Assembly: GCA_965261085.1 (NCBI GenBank)
Contig: OZ253442.1
Location: 2,080,001 to 2,144,000, forward strand
Source: a bacterium
GTDB lineage: Bacteria > UBA8248
Direction: 5' to 3'
DNA length: 64,000 nt
The notes below the pieces were generated by a model that was not told where the DNA came from, made no database searches, and worked only from the letters and a program-made list of their open reading frames with translations. Shown here one piece after another: positions 36,308 to 46,999 of this stretch. The position numbers and the translations under genes were made by a program. Positions within the stretch are counted from its first letter, which is position 1. Each line of letters opens with the position of its first letter.

Positions 36308-37462
36308 ATGGACCTCGTCATACGAGGCGGGTATGTGGTCGATCCCTCACAGAGTCTGGAGGGGACGATGGACGTCGAAATCGCGCGCGGCCGCGTGCGG
36401 CGGGTGGCTCCCCACATCGAGCCGGGGGGCAGGCGGACGCTGAACGCCAAGGGAAAAATCGTCACCCCCGGTCTGGTCGACCTCCACTGCCATTTTTATG
36501 AGGGTTTTACGCACTACGGCGTGAACCTGGAGGCCACCATGCTCTCGCGCGGCGTGACGACGGCGGTCGATACGGGCAGCGCCGGCGCGCAGACGTACCC
36601 GAGTTTTCAGGAATGGTTTCTTGATAAAGCCCGTCCTACGGTGCGCGCTTACTTGAACATCTCGGAGGGCGGGCTCCTGGTCGACGGCCTGGGCGAGAAC
36701 ATCGACATGCGCGCGCTGCGCGTGGACAGGGCGGTGGAGTGCTACCAGACGAACCGGAAGTACCTCATCGGCATGAAGGTGCGCCTGAGCGACGACGTGG
36801 TTGAGCGCAGCGGCATGAGGCCCCTGGACGCGGCTCTCGAGGCGGCGGAGTTCCTGAAAGTCCCGCTCATGGCGCACGTGGGCAACACGCCGTCTTCTTT
36901 GCCGAGCATTCTCAAGCGCCTCCGCCCGGGCGACGTGCTCACGCACGCGTTTCACGGCAGAAGAGAGAACATACTCGACAAGAGGGGCCGCGTGCGCCGC
37001 GCGGTGTGGGAGGCGAGGGATTCCGGCGTTCTGCTCGACGTCGCCCACGGGCGCTCGAGCTTCAGTTTTGAGATTCTGGAGCGGGCCATGGAGCAGGGCC
37101 TGATGCCGGGGAACCTGAGCACCGACCTTCATACGCACTGCGTCCACGGTCCGGTGTATGATTTCCCCAGCCTTATGAGCAAGTTTCTGGCTTTGGGCTT
37201 TCCTCTCGCCGAAGTAGTCCGGCTCAGCACGCAGACGGCGGCGGAGTGGATTGGCCTTAAAGGAAAGGTGGGAACGCTCAATAAAGGCGCCAGGGGCGAC
37301 GTGGCCGTGTTCCGGATGCGCGAGGGCAGGTTCGTTTTTGAGGACTCCATGGGGGCGCAGCGCAAGGGAAACCAGATGCTCGAGGCGACGCACGTGGTTC
37401 TGGGCGGCCGGCTGTTGAGGCCGTCGGGGGCGGGACGGCGCAGACTCACCGAAGTGTCGTGA
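36308..37462 (+). CDS. Amidohydrolase/deacetylase family metallohydrolase (dihydroorotase-like)
   Basis: PGLVDLHCH, VDTGSAG, GMKVR, MAHVG, THAFHG, STDLH. Confidence 0.85.
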   Translation: MDLVIRGGYVVDPSQSLEGTMDVEIARGRVRRVAPHIEPGGRRTLNAKGKIVTPGLVDLHCHFYEGFTHYGVNLEATMLSRGVTTAVDTGSAGAQTYPSFQEWFLDKARPTVRAYLNISEGGLLVDGLGENIDMRALRVDRAVECYQTNRKYLIGMKVRLSDDVVERSGMRPLDAALEAAEFLKVPLMAHVGNTPSSLPSILKRLRPGDVLTHAFHGRRENILDKRGRVRRAVWEARDSGVLLDVAHGRSSFSFEILERAMEQGLMPGNLSTDLHTHCVHGPVYDFPSLMSKFLALGFPLAEVVRLSTQTAAEWIGLKGKVGTLNKGARGDVAVFRMREGRFVFEDSMGAQRKGNQMLEATHVVLGGRLLRPSGAGRRRLTEVS

Positions 37463-37580
37463 AAGTCGAAAGAACCTGAAAATTTCCGACGCCGGGGGTT
37501 GACTACCTGCTTTTGCAGGACTATTTTACGGCCTTGTTTTTCAGATAATTAAAACGTTTGAAATTACAAAGGCGGGCATC

Positions 37581-37658
37581 ATGCGGACGATGAGAAGACA
37601 TGGCGATGGATATTGCTTTTTCGGCTTTATCACCGTCCGTCTGCGCGCCGTGATGTAG
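37581..37658 (+). CDS. Putative aroF leader peptide [25 protein letters not shown]
   Basis: 25-codon uORF with clustered Tyr/Phe codons (TAT TGC TTT TTC GGC TTT) upstream of a terminator and aroF. Confidence 0.65.
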   Translation: MRTMRRHGDGYCFFGFITVRLRAVM

Positions 37659-37713
37659 AAACAAACGGCGGGCGGGTGGACAACCCGGTCGCCACGGACA
37701 AGTAGAGAAACAT

Positions 37714-37746
37714 TCGCCGTGGGACAGCCTCACGGCGATTTATTTT
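37714..37746 (+). terminator. Attenuator terminator upstream of aroF
   Basis: TCGCCGTG...CACGGCGA followed by TTTATTTT. Confidence 0.7.
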
Positions 37747-37788
37747 GAGAAACAACTGAAATTCCGAGAGGGAAAAAGGAGATTTGTT

Positions 37789-38808
37789 TTGATTATCGTG
37801 ATGAAGCAGGGCGCAACGGATGATGAGATAGGGAAAGCCGTCGCAAGGATCAATGAACTCGGTTACCAGGAGCACGTCATCAAAGGGGTGGAACGTACGG
37901 TGATCGGGGCCATCGGTGATGAACGGGGGAAATACATGCTGGAGTCGCTTGTTTCTTTGAATGGAGTGGAAAGCGCGATGCCCATTCTCAAGCCCTTCAA
38001 ACTGGCGAGCTCGGAGGGCAGGCCAGAGCGCAGCCAGTTGCCGATGGGCGAGGGAGTGGAAATCGGCGGTGAGCAGATCATTATCATCGGCGGGCCGTGC
38101 TCCGTGGAGAGCAGGGAGCAGATTATGGAATCCGCCGAAGTGGTACGGGCGGGCGGCGGCCACGTCCTTCGGGGCGGCGCGTATAAGCCGCGCACCTCGC
38201 CATACAGCTTCCAGGGCATGGCGGAAGACGGCCTCAAGCTCCTTGCCGAGGCGCGCGAGAAGACGGGGCTTCCCATCCAGACGGAGGTCATGGATTCAGA
38301 AGACATCGATGTGTGCTGCGAGTATGCGGACGTGCTGCAAATCGGCGCGCGCAACGTGCAGAACTTCTCCTTGCTGAAAAAAGTCGGCAAGACGAACAAG
38401 ACCATTTTCCTGAAGCGCGGCATGTCCACGACCATCGAAGAGCTCTTGATGTCGGCCGAATACATCATGAGCCAGGGGAACCCGAACGTCGTGCTGTGCG
38501 AGAGGGGAATACGCACCTTCGAGACGGCCACGCGCAACACGCTGGACATCAGCGCCGTGCCCGTGCTCAAGGAGCAGACGCATTTGCCGATCGTGGTGGA
38601 CCCGAGCCACGCGGCGGGCGCCTGGCGGTTCGTCGCGCCCCTGGCGAAGGCGGCCGTGGCGGTCGGGGCGGACGGCCTGATGCTCGAAATGCACCCTGAG
38701 CCAGAGAAGGCGATGAGCGACGGCCCGCAGTCGCTCAAGCCGAAGAAGTTCGCCGCCCTGGTCGAGGAACTCAAGGTGTTCGCAGAGGCCGCCGGAAGAA
38801 CGATATAG
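37789..38808 (+). CDS. aroF: 3-deoxy-7-phosphoheptulonate (DAHP) synthase, type I-beta with N-terminal regulatory domain
   Basis: [46 protein letters not shown]. Confidence 0.92.
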   Translation: MIIVMKQGATDDEIGKAVARINELGYQEHVIKGVERTVIGAIGDERGKYMLESLVSLNGVESAMPILKPFKLASSEGRPERSQLPMGEGVEIGGEQIIIIGGPCSVESREQIMESAEVVRAGGGHVLRGGAYKPRTSPYSFQGMAEDGLKLLAEAREKTGLPIQTEVMDSEDIDVCCEYADVLQIGARNVQNFSLLKKVGKTNKTIFLKRGMSTTIEELLMSAEYIMSQGNPNVVLCERGIRTFETATRNTLDISAVPVLKEQTHLPIVVDPSHAAGAWRFVAPLAKAAVAVGADGLMLEMHPEPEKAMSDGPQSLKPKKFAALVEELKVFAEAAGRTI

Positions 38809-38809
38809 C

Positions 38810-39679
38810 ATGTCCGTTCTTTTCGTGTTCGTGGACGGCCTGGGCATCGCCCCGCCGGGACCGGGCAACCCGCTGTCTCGCGTGGGGGAGCCTCCGCTGG
38901 GGCTTTTGTGCGGAACCGAGGCGCCCGGTTTCCGGCTCATCGAGGCGGATGCCCGCCTCGGCGTCGAGGGCATCCCCCAGAGCGCGACGGGCGGCACGGC
39001 CTTGTTCACGGGAGTGAATGCGCCCAAAGCGGTGGGAAGGCACCTTCAGGCCCTTCCGAATACGCAGTTGCGCCGCATCATCGCACGAAACGGACTCTTG
39101 AGGCGCGCCCGCGAGAGGGGCGCCGACATCGGATTCGCCAACGCATATACGCCTCGTTTTTTCATGCGCCGCAGAAACCGCATCCGCTCGGTGACCACGG
39201 TGATGGCCGAGAGCGCGGGGATTCGGCTGAATCGCCTGGAGGATCTCCTCGAGGGCAGGGCCGTTTATCGCGACTACACGAACGGGCTCATCGCCGGGCA
39301 GGGCCATGATGTGGCGAAGCTCGACGCCGAGGAGGCGGGCGTCCGCCTCGGAGAATTGGCGCGCACAAAGGATTTGCTGCTCTATGAATTTTTTCAGACC
39401 GATCACGTCGGACATCGCGGAACCGCTGAGGATGCCTTTGAGGTTTTGGCGGATTTGAACCGGTTTTTGCAGGCCGCGCTCCGGCATATCGACCCGGATG
39501 TGGATACGTTCATTCTGAGCAGCGACCACGGCAACGTGGAGGATATGGAAACGTCCGCCCACACGACGAACCCCGTTCCCATCCTGCTCTACGGCAAGGG
39601 TGCGGAAACCTTGCTCGCAGATGCCGCGAATCCGAATATCTGTCACGTAACGCCCTTGATTCTCTCCATGATTACGTAA
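38810..39679 (+). CDS. Alkaline phosphatase superfamily metalloenzyme (phosphoglycerate mutase-like)
   Basis: FVFVDGLG, PQSATG, TDHVGH, SSDHGN, HTTNPVP. Confidence 0.8.
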   Translation: MSVLFVFVDGLGIAPPGPGNPLSRVGEPPLGLLCGTEAPGFRLIEADARLGVEGIPQSATGGTALFTGVNAPKAVGRHLQALPNTQLRRIIARNGLLRRARERGADIGFANAYTPRFFMRRRNRIRSVTTVMAESAGIRLNRLEDLLEGRAVYRDYTNGLIAGQGHDVAKLDAEEAGVRLGELARTKDLLLYEFFQTDHVGHRGTAEDAFEVLADLNRFLQAALRHIDPDVDTFILSSDHGNVEDMETSAHTTNPVPILLYGKGAETLLADAANPNICHVTPLILSMIT

Positions 39680-39826
39680 AGATTTTTTGATGCGTCATTG
39701 ACGGGCTTCATTCGGAGGGAGAAAGGCGGCCCCCACCTTTCCAACATTGACTTTCCAACCGATTATAAATAGACTCGCTTCCCATAATTCGGGTCGTTTT
39801 TGTTTGATTTTGGCGAAATGGGGCGC

Positions 39827-40969
39827 ATGATGGAAAATCTCGACCCGACACTGATGGCGCGAATCGAAAAAGAAGGTGTAGGGCCTTTCTTACGACGTGT
39901 GCGTGAGGGAAAAGACGTACCTCTCCGTTCGATCTCCGAGCAGACGCGAATCCGTACATACTATCTGGAAAGTATCGAAAACGGTGATTTCGATAAATTG
40001 CCGACGGGTCCGGTGGGTCTGGGTTTCGTCCGCGCTTTTGCGGACGCGGTCGGGGTGGACGCCAAGGCCGTCGCCGCGAGCTATAAACGCGAAATTACAG
40101 GCGGTGTTCCATTAGAGGAGTATGGGCTGGAGCCCGAGACTCGAATCCTTTTCAACGCCGCCCCCCGGGTGAATCGATTCTCATCCGTTGCCACTTTTGT
40201 TTTCGTATTGATTTTTCTTCTCGCCGGTGGCGGAATTTTATGGTTCATGAAGGGAAGAACGGAGCAGCTTGTTCCAATTGGATCGATTGTCGACAGGGTC
40301 AAGACCGCTGTTGCGCCCAAGGCGGATAAACTCCCTCGGGTGAGTGGGGTGAATGAGAAAGCGAAACATGAAGATGGCGCGGAGAAAGAAACTGCCGTTG
40401 TCGAGAAAAAGGCTTCCGAGCAGACTCTTCCACCTGCCTCGACCGTGAATTTGAAGGAGCCTCCGGTTGTAAAGAAGGAGGAAAAACCTTCTCCGGCTGA
40501 GGAGAATCATCCGGATCAAGCGAGCGTTCCCGTTCAGGAGAATCAGTCCCCTCCCGCTCAGGGAAGTCCACCGGCCCAGGGTGAAGTAAGTCCGCCTGCC
40601 TCGCAAAACCCTTCGGCTCAAGTGAGTGCTCCAGCCGAGGAGAAAGTCGCCCGCAATGCGGCATCGAACACTCAAGCCGCGGCGCAAGGGCGGCAGGCCA
40701 CGGCGGCTCCCGGGGAACTCCCCCTGACGTTGAAGATTTTTGCGACGGAAGACACATGGCTGCGAATCGTGGTCGATGCGAAAACCACGCAAGAATTCCT
40801 CTTGCTGGCGGGCAAGGAAAGAAATTGGAAGGCGTTGGAAAAATTTTCCCTTACCGTGGGGAACGTGGCGGGAGCGCAGATATCCCTGAACGGCGCGGAC
40901 ATCGCGTTGCCCAAGAATGACTCCAACGTGCTCCGGGATTTCATTATCACCAAGAAGTATTTGAATTAA
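39827..40969 (+). CDS. rodZ: RodZ-like HTH / TM / DUF4115 protein
   Basis: N-terminal HTH (ISEQTRIRTYYLESIENG), TM helix, Pro/Gln linker, C-terminal TWLRIVVD...VGNVAG. Confidence 0.75.
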   Translation: MMENLDPTLMARIEKEGVGPFLRRVREGKDVPLRSISEQTRIRTYYLESIENGDFDKLPTGPVGLGFVRAFADAVGVDAKAVAASYKREITGGVPLEEYGLEPETRILFNAAPRVNRFSSVATFVFVLIFLLAGGGILWFMKGRTEQLVPIGSIVDRVKTAVAPKADKLPRVSGVNEKAKHEDGAEKETAVVEKKASEQTLPPASTVNLKEPPVVKKEEKPSPAEENHPDQASVPVQENQSPPAQGSPPAQGEVSPPASQNPSAQVSAPAEEKVARNAASNTQAAAQGRQATAAPGELPLTLKIFATEDTWLRIVVDAKTTQEFLLLAGKERNWKALEKFSLTVGNVAGAQISLNGADIALPKNDSNVLRDFIITKKYLN

Positions 40970-41057
40970 GGGTTTTTCTGAAATTTCTCATGCTATACGT
41001 GACGTTCCAACATACTTCATCGCCTGATGTTCGATTTGAAATCTGAAATTTCACATC

Positions 41058-44000
41058 ATGAATGAATCCTTGTTATCGCTTCAGAATCTCGATGGGGCCA
41101 AGCGGGTTCACTTGCGTGGCGCGAACGATGCGTCGACCGCCTGGTGGTTGGTCCGAATTGCGCGTGAACACCCTGGACCCGTTATTATCGTCGAGAGCGA
41201 ACAGCGTCGCCTCGAAGTGGTCAAAGCGAACATGAAGCTGTTCATCGGCGCTTCGGGGAAGCGGGATTTGCCGATCCTGGGGTTTCCGGCATGGGATGTG
41301 TATCCCTTCTCCCGTTTGTCTCCATCCAATGAAATCGTCGGCGAAAGGATGTCCGCGCTGCGATTTTTGCGCAGCGGGGAACAAGGCGTCGTGCTGACGA
41401 GCGTATCCGCCATGGGGACGAGAGTACCCCCGCCCGAACGACTGAACGACGCCATGATTCACTTGCGCGAAGGTATGGCGATTGAGCGTGATCCGTTCAT
41501 CGGTTCGCTCGAATCGTTGATGTACGAGAGGAGGTCGTTGGTCGAATCCCCCGGAGAATATGCCGTAAGAGGAGGCATTCTGGATTTTTTCTCTCCCCAG
41601 AACGCATATCCGACGCGCCTGGAATTTCGAGGAGATGAACTCGATTCCTTGCGAAACTTCCATCCCCAGACGCAGCGGAATCTGGACACGCTTCAAGGCG
41701 TGGACGTTTTTCCATCGAAAGAGATTGTTTTCTCGCCGGAAGAACTGGAGAGGGGCCGCCTCGCCCTTTCGGAAGTCACCGCGCCGGAAACGAGTGAACG
41801 AGTAGAGCGCCTTCTCGAATACCTGGATACAGACGGACATTTTTCGGGTATGGAGGGTCTCGCGCCCATATTCTTGTCCGACATGACGACCTTGTTCGAC
41901 GTTGCGCCCGGAAGCGCGCTCTGGATTTTGAACGAAGCGGAAGACATCGACGAAGCGATGGATAAGCTGTGGAGCGAAGTGAACGAGGAGGCGCGTCTTG
42001 CGCCCGAGAGGGGCCTCGTCTCATTCGCGCCTGAGCGTTTGTGGCTCGCCCCTGAGGAGATTCGCGAGGAGTTGTCCATCTGGCCGCGTCTCAAGTTCGA
42101 CTCACTCGGGCTGGACGTCCCGAATTCCGAGGAGGGCTTCGAGGCGGGCGAGGCCTTGCGCGCGGAAAACATCAACCCCTTCAGAGGCAGGGTGGAGGCG
42201 TTCGTCGACCAGCTGCGTTCATGGCGCAGGGAGGATGAAAGCGTCGTCATCGTGGCGGAGGAGAAGACCCTCGCGCTGAGGATACAGGCATTGTTGCGCG
42301 AGTATGAGGTGGGCGTGGAAATTTTGCCCGGAGGCGCTTCGTTCATGGAGGAGCGTCACGAAGTCGCTCTGGCGGAGGGGAAACTCGGCGCCAGCTTCAG
42401 GCTTCCTGAAGAGAGGAGGGTGTTCTTTCGCGCCCAGGACTTGCTGGTCGGCGCTTTGGGCCGGGATTCGCGCCGCCGCCCCCAATCGAAGCCTGGCGAG
42501 GGCTTCAAGGATTTGATTGAGAACGACCTCGTAGTGCACGTGGAGCACGGCGTTAGCCGCTATATGGGCACGCGCGTCATCGAGCATCGAGACGGGGAAA
42601 ACGAATTTCTCGCCCTTCAGTATGCGGGGGGTGACAAACTCTACGTTCCGATGGACGACGTCGAGCGCATCCACAAATACCGTGGAGCCGGGGCCGAGCC
42701 GCCCCTGGACAAATTGGGCGGGAACCGGTGGAGCAAGACGAAGAACAACATCAAGAAATCGCTCCGGGGAATCGCTCGCGATCTGGTGCGACTGTATTCG
42801 GAGCGAAGCGCCGCCGAGGGGCACGCCTTTTCTGCGGAAGGCGCATTCGATCATGAAATATCCGCTGGCTTCGGGTTTGAGGAAACGCCGGATCAGGAAC
42901 AGGCCATTCGCGACGTGCTGGCGGATATGGAGCGCGCCCGTCCGATGGATCGCCTCATCTGCGGGGACGTCGGCTACGGAAAGACGGAGGTGGCGCTCAG
43001 AGCCGCCGCCCGGGCGATTTCGGCGGGCAAGCAGGTCGCCGTCATCGTGCCGACGACGCTGCTGGCGCATCAGCATTGGGACACCTTTCGCAAGCGATTC
43101 GAATCGCTGCCTGTTCACGTGGAGATGCTCTCGCGCTTCAGAAGCAAAAAACAGCAGGGCGAAGTGGTGGAAGGGCTCTCCGCCGGGCGTGTGGACATCG
43201 TCATCGGCACCCATCGGTTGTTGCAAAAAGACGTGTCGTTTCGCGATTTGGGACTTCTTGTCATCGACGAAGAACATCGCTTCGGCGTTTCCCACAAGGA
43301 GAAGGTCAAGAAACTTCGTGTCGACGTGGACGTTCTGACGCTCACGGCCACGCCCATTCCCAGAACCTTGCAGATGGCGCTCTCGGGCACGCGCGATTTG
43401 AGCGTCATCGAAACGCCCCCGCGTCACCGGGTCGCGCCGCGGACGTATATATCCCGCTTCAGCGAAAAACTCATCAAAGACGCCATCACCAAGGAAATCG
43501 ACCGTGGGGGGCAGGTGTTTTTCGTGCACAACCGGGTGAAAAGCCTCCCCGCCATGCGGCGGCTTCTCACGAAACTCGCGCCGGACGCGCGAATTCTCGT
43601 GGGCCACGGCCAGATGAAAGAAAGGGATCTCGAAGAGGTGATGGAGCAGTTCGTGACCCGCCGGGCCGACGTGCTGCTCTGCACCACGATCATCGAAAGC
43701 GGTCTCGACATCCCCTCGGTGAACACGATCGTGATTAACCGGGCGGATATGTTCGGCATGGCGCAGCTCTACCAGTTGCGCGGCCGGGTGGGACGCGACA
43801 GGTTCCAGGCGCACGCCTACCTTCTGGTCTCGGGCGCAGGTTCCCTGACGAAGCCGGCCAGAGAGCGGCTCCAGGCGCTCGAGGAGTTGAGCGAACTGGG
43901 GGGCGGCTTCAAGCTGGCCATGCGCGACCTGGAAATTCGCGGCGCCGGACATTTGCTCGGACATCGCCAATCGGGACAAATTTCGGCCGTGGGGTTCGAC

Positions 44001-44519
44001 ATGTATTGCCGCCTTTTGGAAGAAGTCGTGCAGGAGGCCAAGGGCGAGACGGTCGATCGGCGTGAACCCGAGATCGTCGCGCCGGTGGCTGGCACGCTGC
44101 CCCCTTCGTGGATTCCGGCCCAGGCCGAGCGACTGGATGTATATCGCCGGATTGCATCGGCGCGGGCGCCGGCCGAATTGAGGGAGTTGGGCGTAGAACT
44201 CAAGGATAAATACGGAGAAATGCCGACGCGCGCCCTCCACCTTCTGGAACTGGGGGAAATCCGGTTGCGCGCCCGCCTTTGCGGAATCAAGGCTCTCCAA
44301 ATTCGCGGCAAGGAGGCGCATCTGGAGATTTTCCCGGGAGACTACGAATTGACGGCCGCATTTCTCGATATGCCGGGGATGGTGTTCACCGACACCCATG
44401 CTTTTCGCGCAAGCATCAGCGGGCGCTGGCCGGAGGATTTTGACTTTCTCGTTCAAGTGCTGGATGCTTTGGAAGTGTGCAAAGTCTCCGAAGGCGAGTT
44501 GGCGGCGGAAGAAGCATGA
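41058..44519 (+). CDS. mfd: Transcription-repair coupling factor
   Basis: VRGGILD, VVHVEHG, CGDVGYGKT, IDEEHRFG, TATPIPRT, QLRGRVGR, DLEIRGAG. Confidence 0.95.
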   Translation: MNESLLSLQNLDGAKRVHLRGANDASTAWWLVRIAREHPGPVIIVESEQRRLEVVKANMKLFIGASGKRDLPILGFPAWDVYPFSRLSPSNEIVGERMSALRFLRSGEQGVVLTSVSAMGTRVPPPERLNDAMIHLREGMAIERDPFIGSLESLMYERRSLVESPGEYAVRGGILDFFSPQNAYPTRLEFRGDELDSLRNFHPQTQRNLDTLQGVDVFPSKEIVFSPEELERGRLALSEVTAPETSERVERLLEYLDTDGHFSGMEGLAPIFLSDMTTLFDVAPGSALWILNEAEDIDEAMDKLWSEVNEEARLAPERGLVSFAPERLWLAPEEIREELSIWPRLKFDSLGLDVPNSEEGFEAGEALRAENINPFRGRVEAFVDQLRSWRREDESVVIVAEEKTLALRIQALLREYEVGVEILPGGASFMEERHEVALAEGKLGASFRLPEERRVFFRAQDLLVGALGRDSRRRPQSKPGEGFKDLIENDLVVHVEHGVSRYMGTRVIEHRDGENEFLALQYAGGDKLYVPMDDVERIHKYRGAGAEPPLDKLGGNRWSKTKNNIKKSLRGIARDLVRLYSERSAAEGHAFSAEGAFDHEISAGFGFEETPDQEQAIRDVLADMERARPMDRLICGDVGYGKTEVALRAAARAISAGKQVAVIVPTTLLAHQHWDTFRKRFESLPVHVEMLSRFRSKKQQGEVVEGLSAGRVDIVIGTHRLLQKDVSFRDLGLLVIDEEHRFGVSHKEKVKKLRVDVDVLTLTATPIPRTLQMALSGTRDLSVIETPPRHRVAPRTYISRFSEKLIKDAITKEIDRGGQVFFVHNRVKSLPAMRRLLTKLAPDARILVGHGQMKERDLEEVMEQFVTRRADVLLCTTIIESGLDIPSVNTIVINRADMFGMAQLYQLRGRVGRDRFQAHAYLLVSGAGSLTKPARERLQALEELSELGGGFKLAMRDLEIRGAGHLLGHRQSGQISAVGFDMYCRLLEEVVQEAKGETVDRREPEIVAPVAGTLPPSWIPAQAERLDVYRRIASARAPAELRELGVELKDKYGEMPTRALHLLELGEIRLRARLCGIKALQIRGKEAHLEIFPGDYELTAAFLDMPGMVFTDTHAFRASISGRWPEDFDFLVQVLDALEVCKVSEGELAAEEA

Positions 44520-44529
44520 GGTTTTCATC

Positions 44530-45516
44530 ATGGAAATCGGGAGGAGCGCGCGGCGTCTGATTCGAGGCCGCCGAACCCGGTGGGCGTGGGTTTGTTCGAT
44601 GGCGCTGCTCATCGCCGCGGGTTGTGATTCTTCGCTTCAGACGAGAAGCGAGAAAAAAAAAGGTACCCTGCTGGTGCAGGTGAACGGCGAGCCGATTACC
44701 CGGCAAGATGTGCGCGCGTATTACATGGCGCGCGGGGATGAGGAGGTTTCGGGCAAGGCCGAAAAAGCCATCCCCAGGGTCTTGCTGGATCAATTCGTGG
44801 AAAGACGGCTCCTGCTTCAGCGCTTCCGGGAGACGGGAGAATATGTGAGTGAGGGGAGGGTGAGGCGTTTCGTCGAATTCGTTCGCCGCCAATACGGCGG
44901 ACAGGATTTTAATGCCGTCATGAAAGAGCAGGGGATCGACGAGGAGTCATGGCTCAAAACGATGCGCGAGACGCTCGAGATTGAATACCTGCTGGATAGG
45001 GAAGTGTATTCAAAGTTGAAGGTCTCAGATTCCGAGATAGAAGATTACTATAACCGCAACAAGGAGAAATTCCGGGTCGGAAAACGTTGGCGGGTTCGCC
45101 AAATCATCGTCTCTTCGGCTAAAATGGCTTCTCATCTGAGAAAGCGTGTTCTCGAGGGGAAATCGTTCGCGTCTCTTGCGCAGAAACATTCCATCGGCCC
45201 CGAGCGCGACGAGGGCGGCGATTTGGGTTATTTCCAACAAGGGGAGTTGCCCGAAAACATCGAGAACGTGGTGGAATCACTGATGTTGGGCGAGGTGAGC
45301 CGGGTTGTCAGGAGTCCGGCGGGCTTCCACCTCCTGGAGGTCTCGGAGAGAAGATTGCCGATCCAGAAAACGTTGGCCTCCGCGAGGGATAGCATCAGAA
45401 AACGGTTGCTGGCGGATAAGGGTAGAGCGAGACTCGAAGGGTGGCTCGGAGAACTCAAGCGAAATGCGAAAATCAAATACTATTGGGAAAATCTTGAAAA
45501 TGTCGTATCGGGCTAG
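44530..45516 (+). CDS. Parvulin-type peptidyl-prolyl isomerase (SurA/PrsA-like, probable lipoprotein)
   Basis: AAGC lipobox-like, VNGEPIT, FASLAQKHS...GGDLG, SPAGFH. Confidence 0.8.
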   Translation: MEIGRSARRLIRGRRTRWAWVCSMALLIAAGCDSSLQTRSEKKKGTLLVQVNGEPITRQDVRAYYMARGDEEVSGKAEKAIPRVLLDQFVERRLLLQRFRETGEYVSEGRVRRFVEFVRRQYGGQDFNAVMKEQGIDEESWLKTMRETLEIEYLLDREVYSKLKVSDSEIEDYYNRNKEKFRVGKRWRVRQIIVSSAKMASHLRKRVLEGKSFASLAQKHSIGPERDEGGDLGYFQQGELPENIENVVESLMLGEVSRVVRSPAGFHLLEVSERRLPIQKTLASARDSIRKRLLADKGRARLEGWLGELKRNAKIKYYWENLENVVSG

Positions 45517-46990
45517 GCGTTTCTGTGTTTTGGCGATTGCGTTATGCGTCCTGGTGGGCGCGCCCGTCCCGGCGATGTCCGCCGCCGTGACGATCGAGAG
45601 AATCATTGCGAAGATTGACGATGACATCATCATGCTCTCCGAGCTTCAGGATTTCGTGAAACCGAGCGTCGATAAGTTGAGGAGGAATTTCAGGGGAGAA
45701 CAACTGAATCGGCGAATTCGCGAACTCGAACTCGAGGCGCTCGATGCCATGGTCCAGAGAAAACTCATATCGAAGCGCTCCTCTGCTCTCGGGTTGAACG
45801 TCAGCGAAAAAGAAATTGAAAACGCAATCGCGGGCATACTTCGCCAGAACAAAACGACGACGGCCGGATTGCGCGATTTTTTGTCGGCGCAGGGAATGAG
45901 TATGGAGAAATATCGTGAGGAGCTTCGCGAGAAGCTGCTGGCGCGAAAAGTGGAGAACATGGAAGTCGGCGTGCGCGTCTCGGTGGTGGAGCAGGAAATT
46001 GCGGATTATTACGACGCGCATTCCGATGATTATCGCGAGGCCGAGCGCCGGGTGGTGCGGCAGATCTTCTTTCCCGTGAGCAAGGGCGCTTCCGCTGCGG
46101 AAATCGAAGCGCAGCGCAAAAAAGCGGACCTCGCATACGAAGAGGCCGCCAAGCCCGGTGCGGATTTCCCCAAGCTGGCCGAGAAGTATTCCGAAGGTCC
46201 CGCCAAAAGCCGGGGCGGTTCGTTGGGTTCCATGAAGAAAGGCGAGGTTTTTCCCGAACTCGAACAACTCATTTTTTCGACGGCGAAGGGCGAGACGAGC
46301 AAGCCGACGAGAACGAGGGTGGGCTTTCACATCGTCCACGTCGATGAGGTGAAGCCGGGGAAAGTGATTACCCTCGACAGGGTGGCCGGCAAAATCCGCA
46401 ACAAACTCTTCAATGAAAAATTCACCAAGAGACGCCGCGAATGGATAACGGATCTCAAAAGAGCCGCTTTTCTGGAAATCAACTATGACCCCGTCGCTTC
46501 GCCGGGCGGTTTGTCTTCCGTGTTCAAGAATGTTCGCGAACAGATTACCTTCAGGCTGGTCGGCATCAAGCTCAAACAAGGCGGAGGGTTGTTCGGGCAG
46601 GACAGGGTTTTGTGGGCCTATGGTTCGAAGAGGGAGAAGCCTCGCTGGAAATCGGACAAGGTGAAAGTGGGCGAGGGGGCCAGTGTGGGGAAAGACGCCA
46701 TCGGAGCCCTGGAGGCGGGGCACCGGTTGTTCGTGAATCCCGACCCATCGGCGAACTTCTATTTATTCCGCTACGTGTATCTGCTGCCCGACTCGTATGT
46801 CGGCAAAATCAGCTTTGCGGATATGATCAAGGCGTTCTCGGACCAGTCGAAGGACGAGAGCAAAGAGCAAAAAGCCAAAGCGAAGATAATGGCCTTCGAC
46901 ACGGAGAACAAGGCCGCGCGGCTCGAATTCGAGGTGGAGGTTCAAAGGACGCGCAGCATCGTGGCGGATCCCAAAGAAATCACCCAATGA
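45500..46990 (+). CDS. SurA-like chaperone/PPIase with C-terminal extension
   Basis: ERIIAKIDDDII SurA N-terminus; FPKLAEKYS...GGSLG, TRVGFHI. Confidence 0.8.
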   Translation: MSYRARRFCVLAIALCVLVGAPVPAMSAAVTIERIIAKIDDDIIMLSELQDFVKPSVDKLRRNFRGEQLNRRIRELELEALDAMVQRKLISKRSSALGLNVSEKEIENAIAGILRQNKTTTAGLRDFLSAQGMSMEKYREELREKLLARKVENMEVGVRVSVVEQEIADYYDAHSDDYREAERRVVRQIFFPVSKGASAAEIEAQRKKADLAYEEAAKPGADFPKLAEKYSEGPAKSRGGSLGSMKKGEVFPELEQLIFSTAKGETSKPTRTRVGFHIVHVDEVKPGKVITLDRVAGKIRNKLFNEKFTKRRREWITDLKRAAFLEINYDPVASPGGLSSVFKNVREQITFRLVGIKLKQGGGLFGQDRVLWAYGSKREKPRWKSDKVKVGEGASVGKDAIGALEAGHRLFVNPDPSANFYLFRYVYLLPDSYVGKISFADMIKAFSDQSKDESKEQKAKAKIMAFDTENKAARLEFEVEVQRTRSIVADPKEITQ

Positions 46991-46999
46991 CGATGCAGA

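Noticed and set aside
42219-44612. Long antisense ORFs (also 27684-28841, 48077-49609, 59834-61372, 61299-62819)
   Set aside because: Shadow frames of well-supported genes, expected in high-GC DNA
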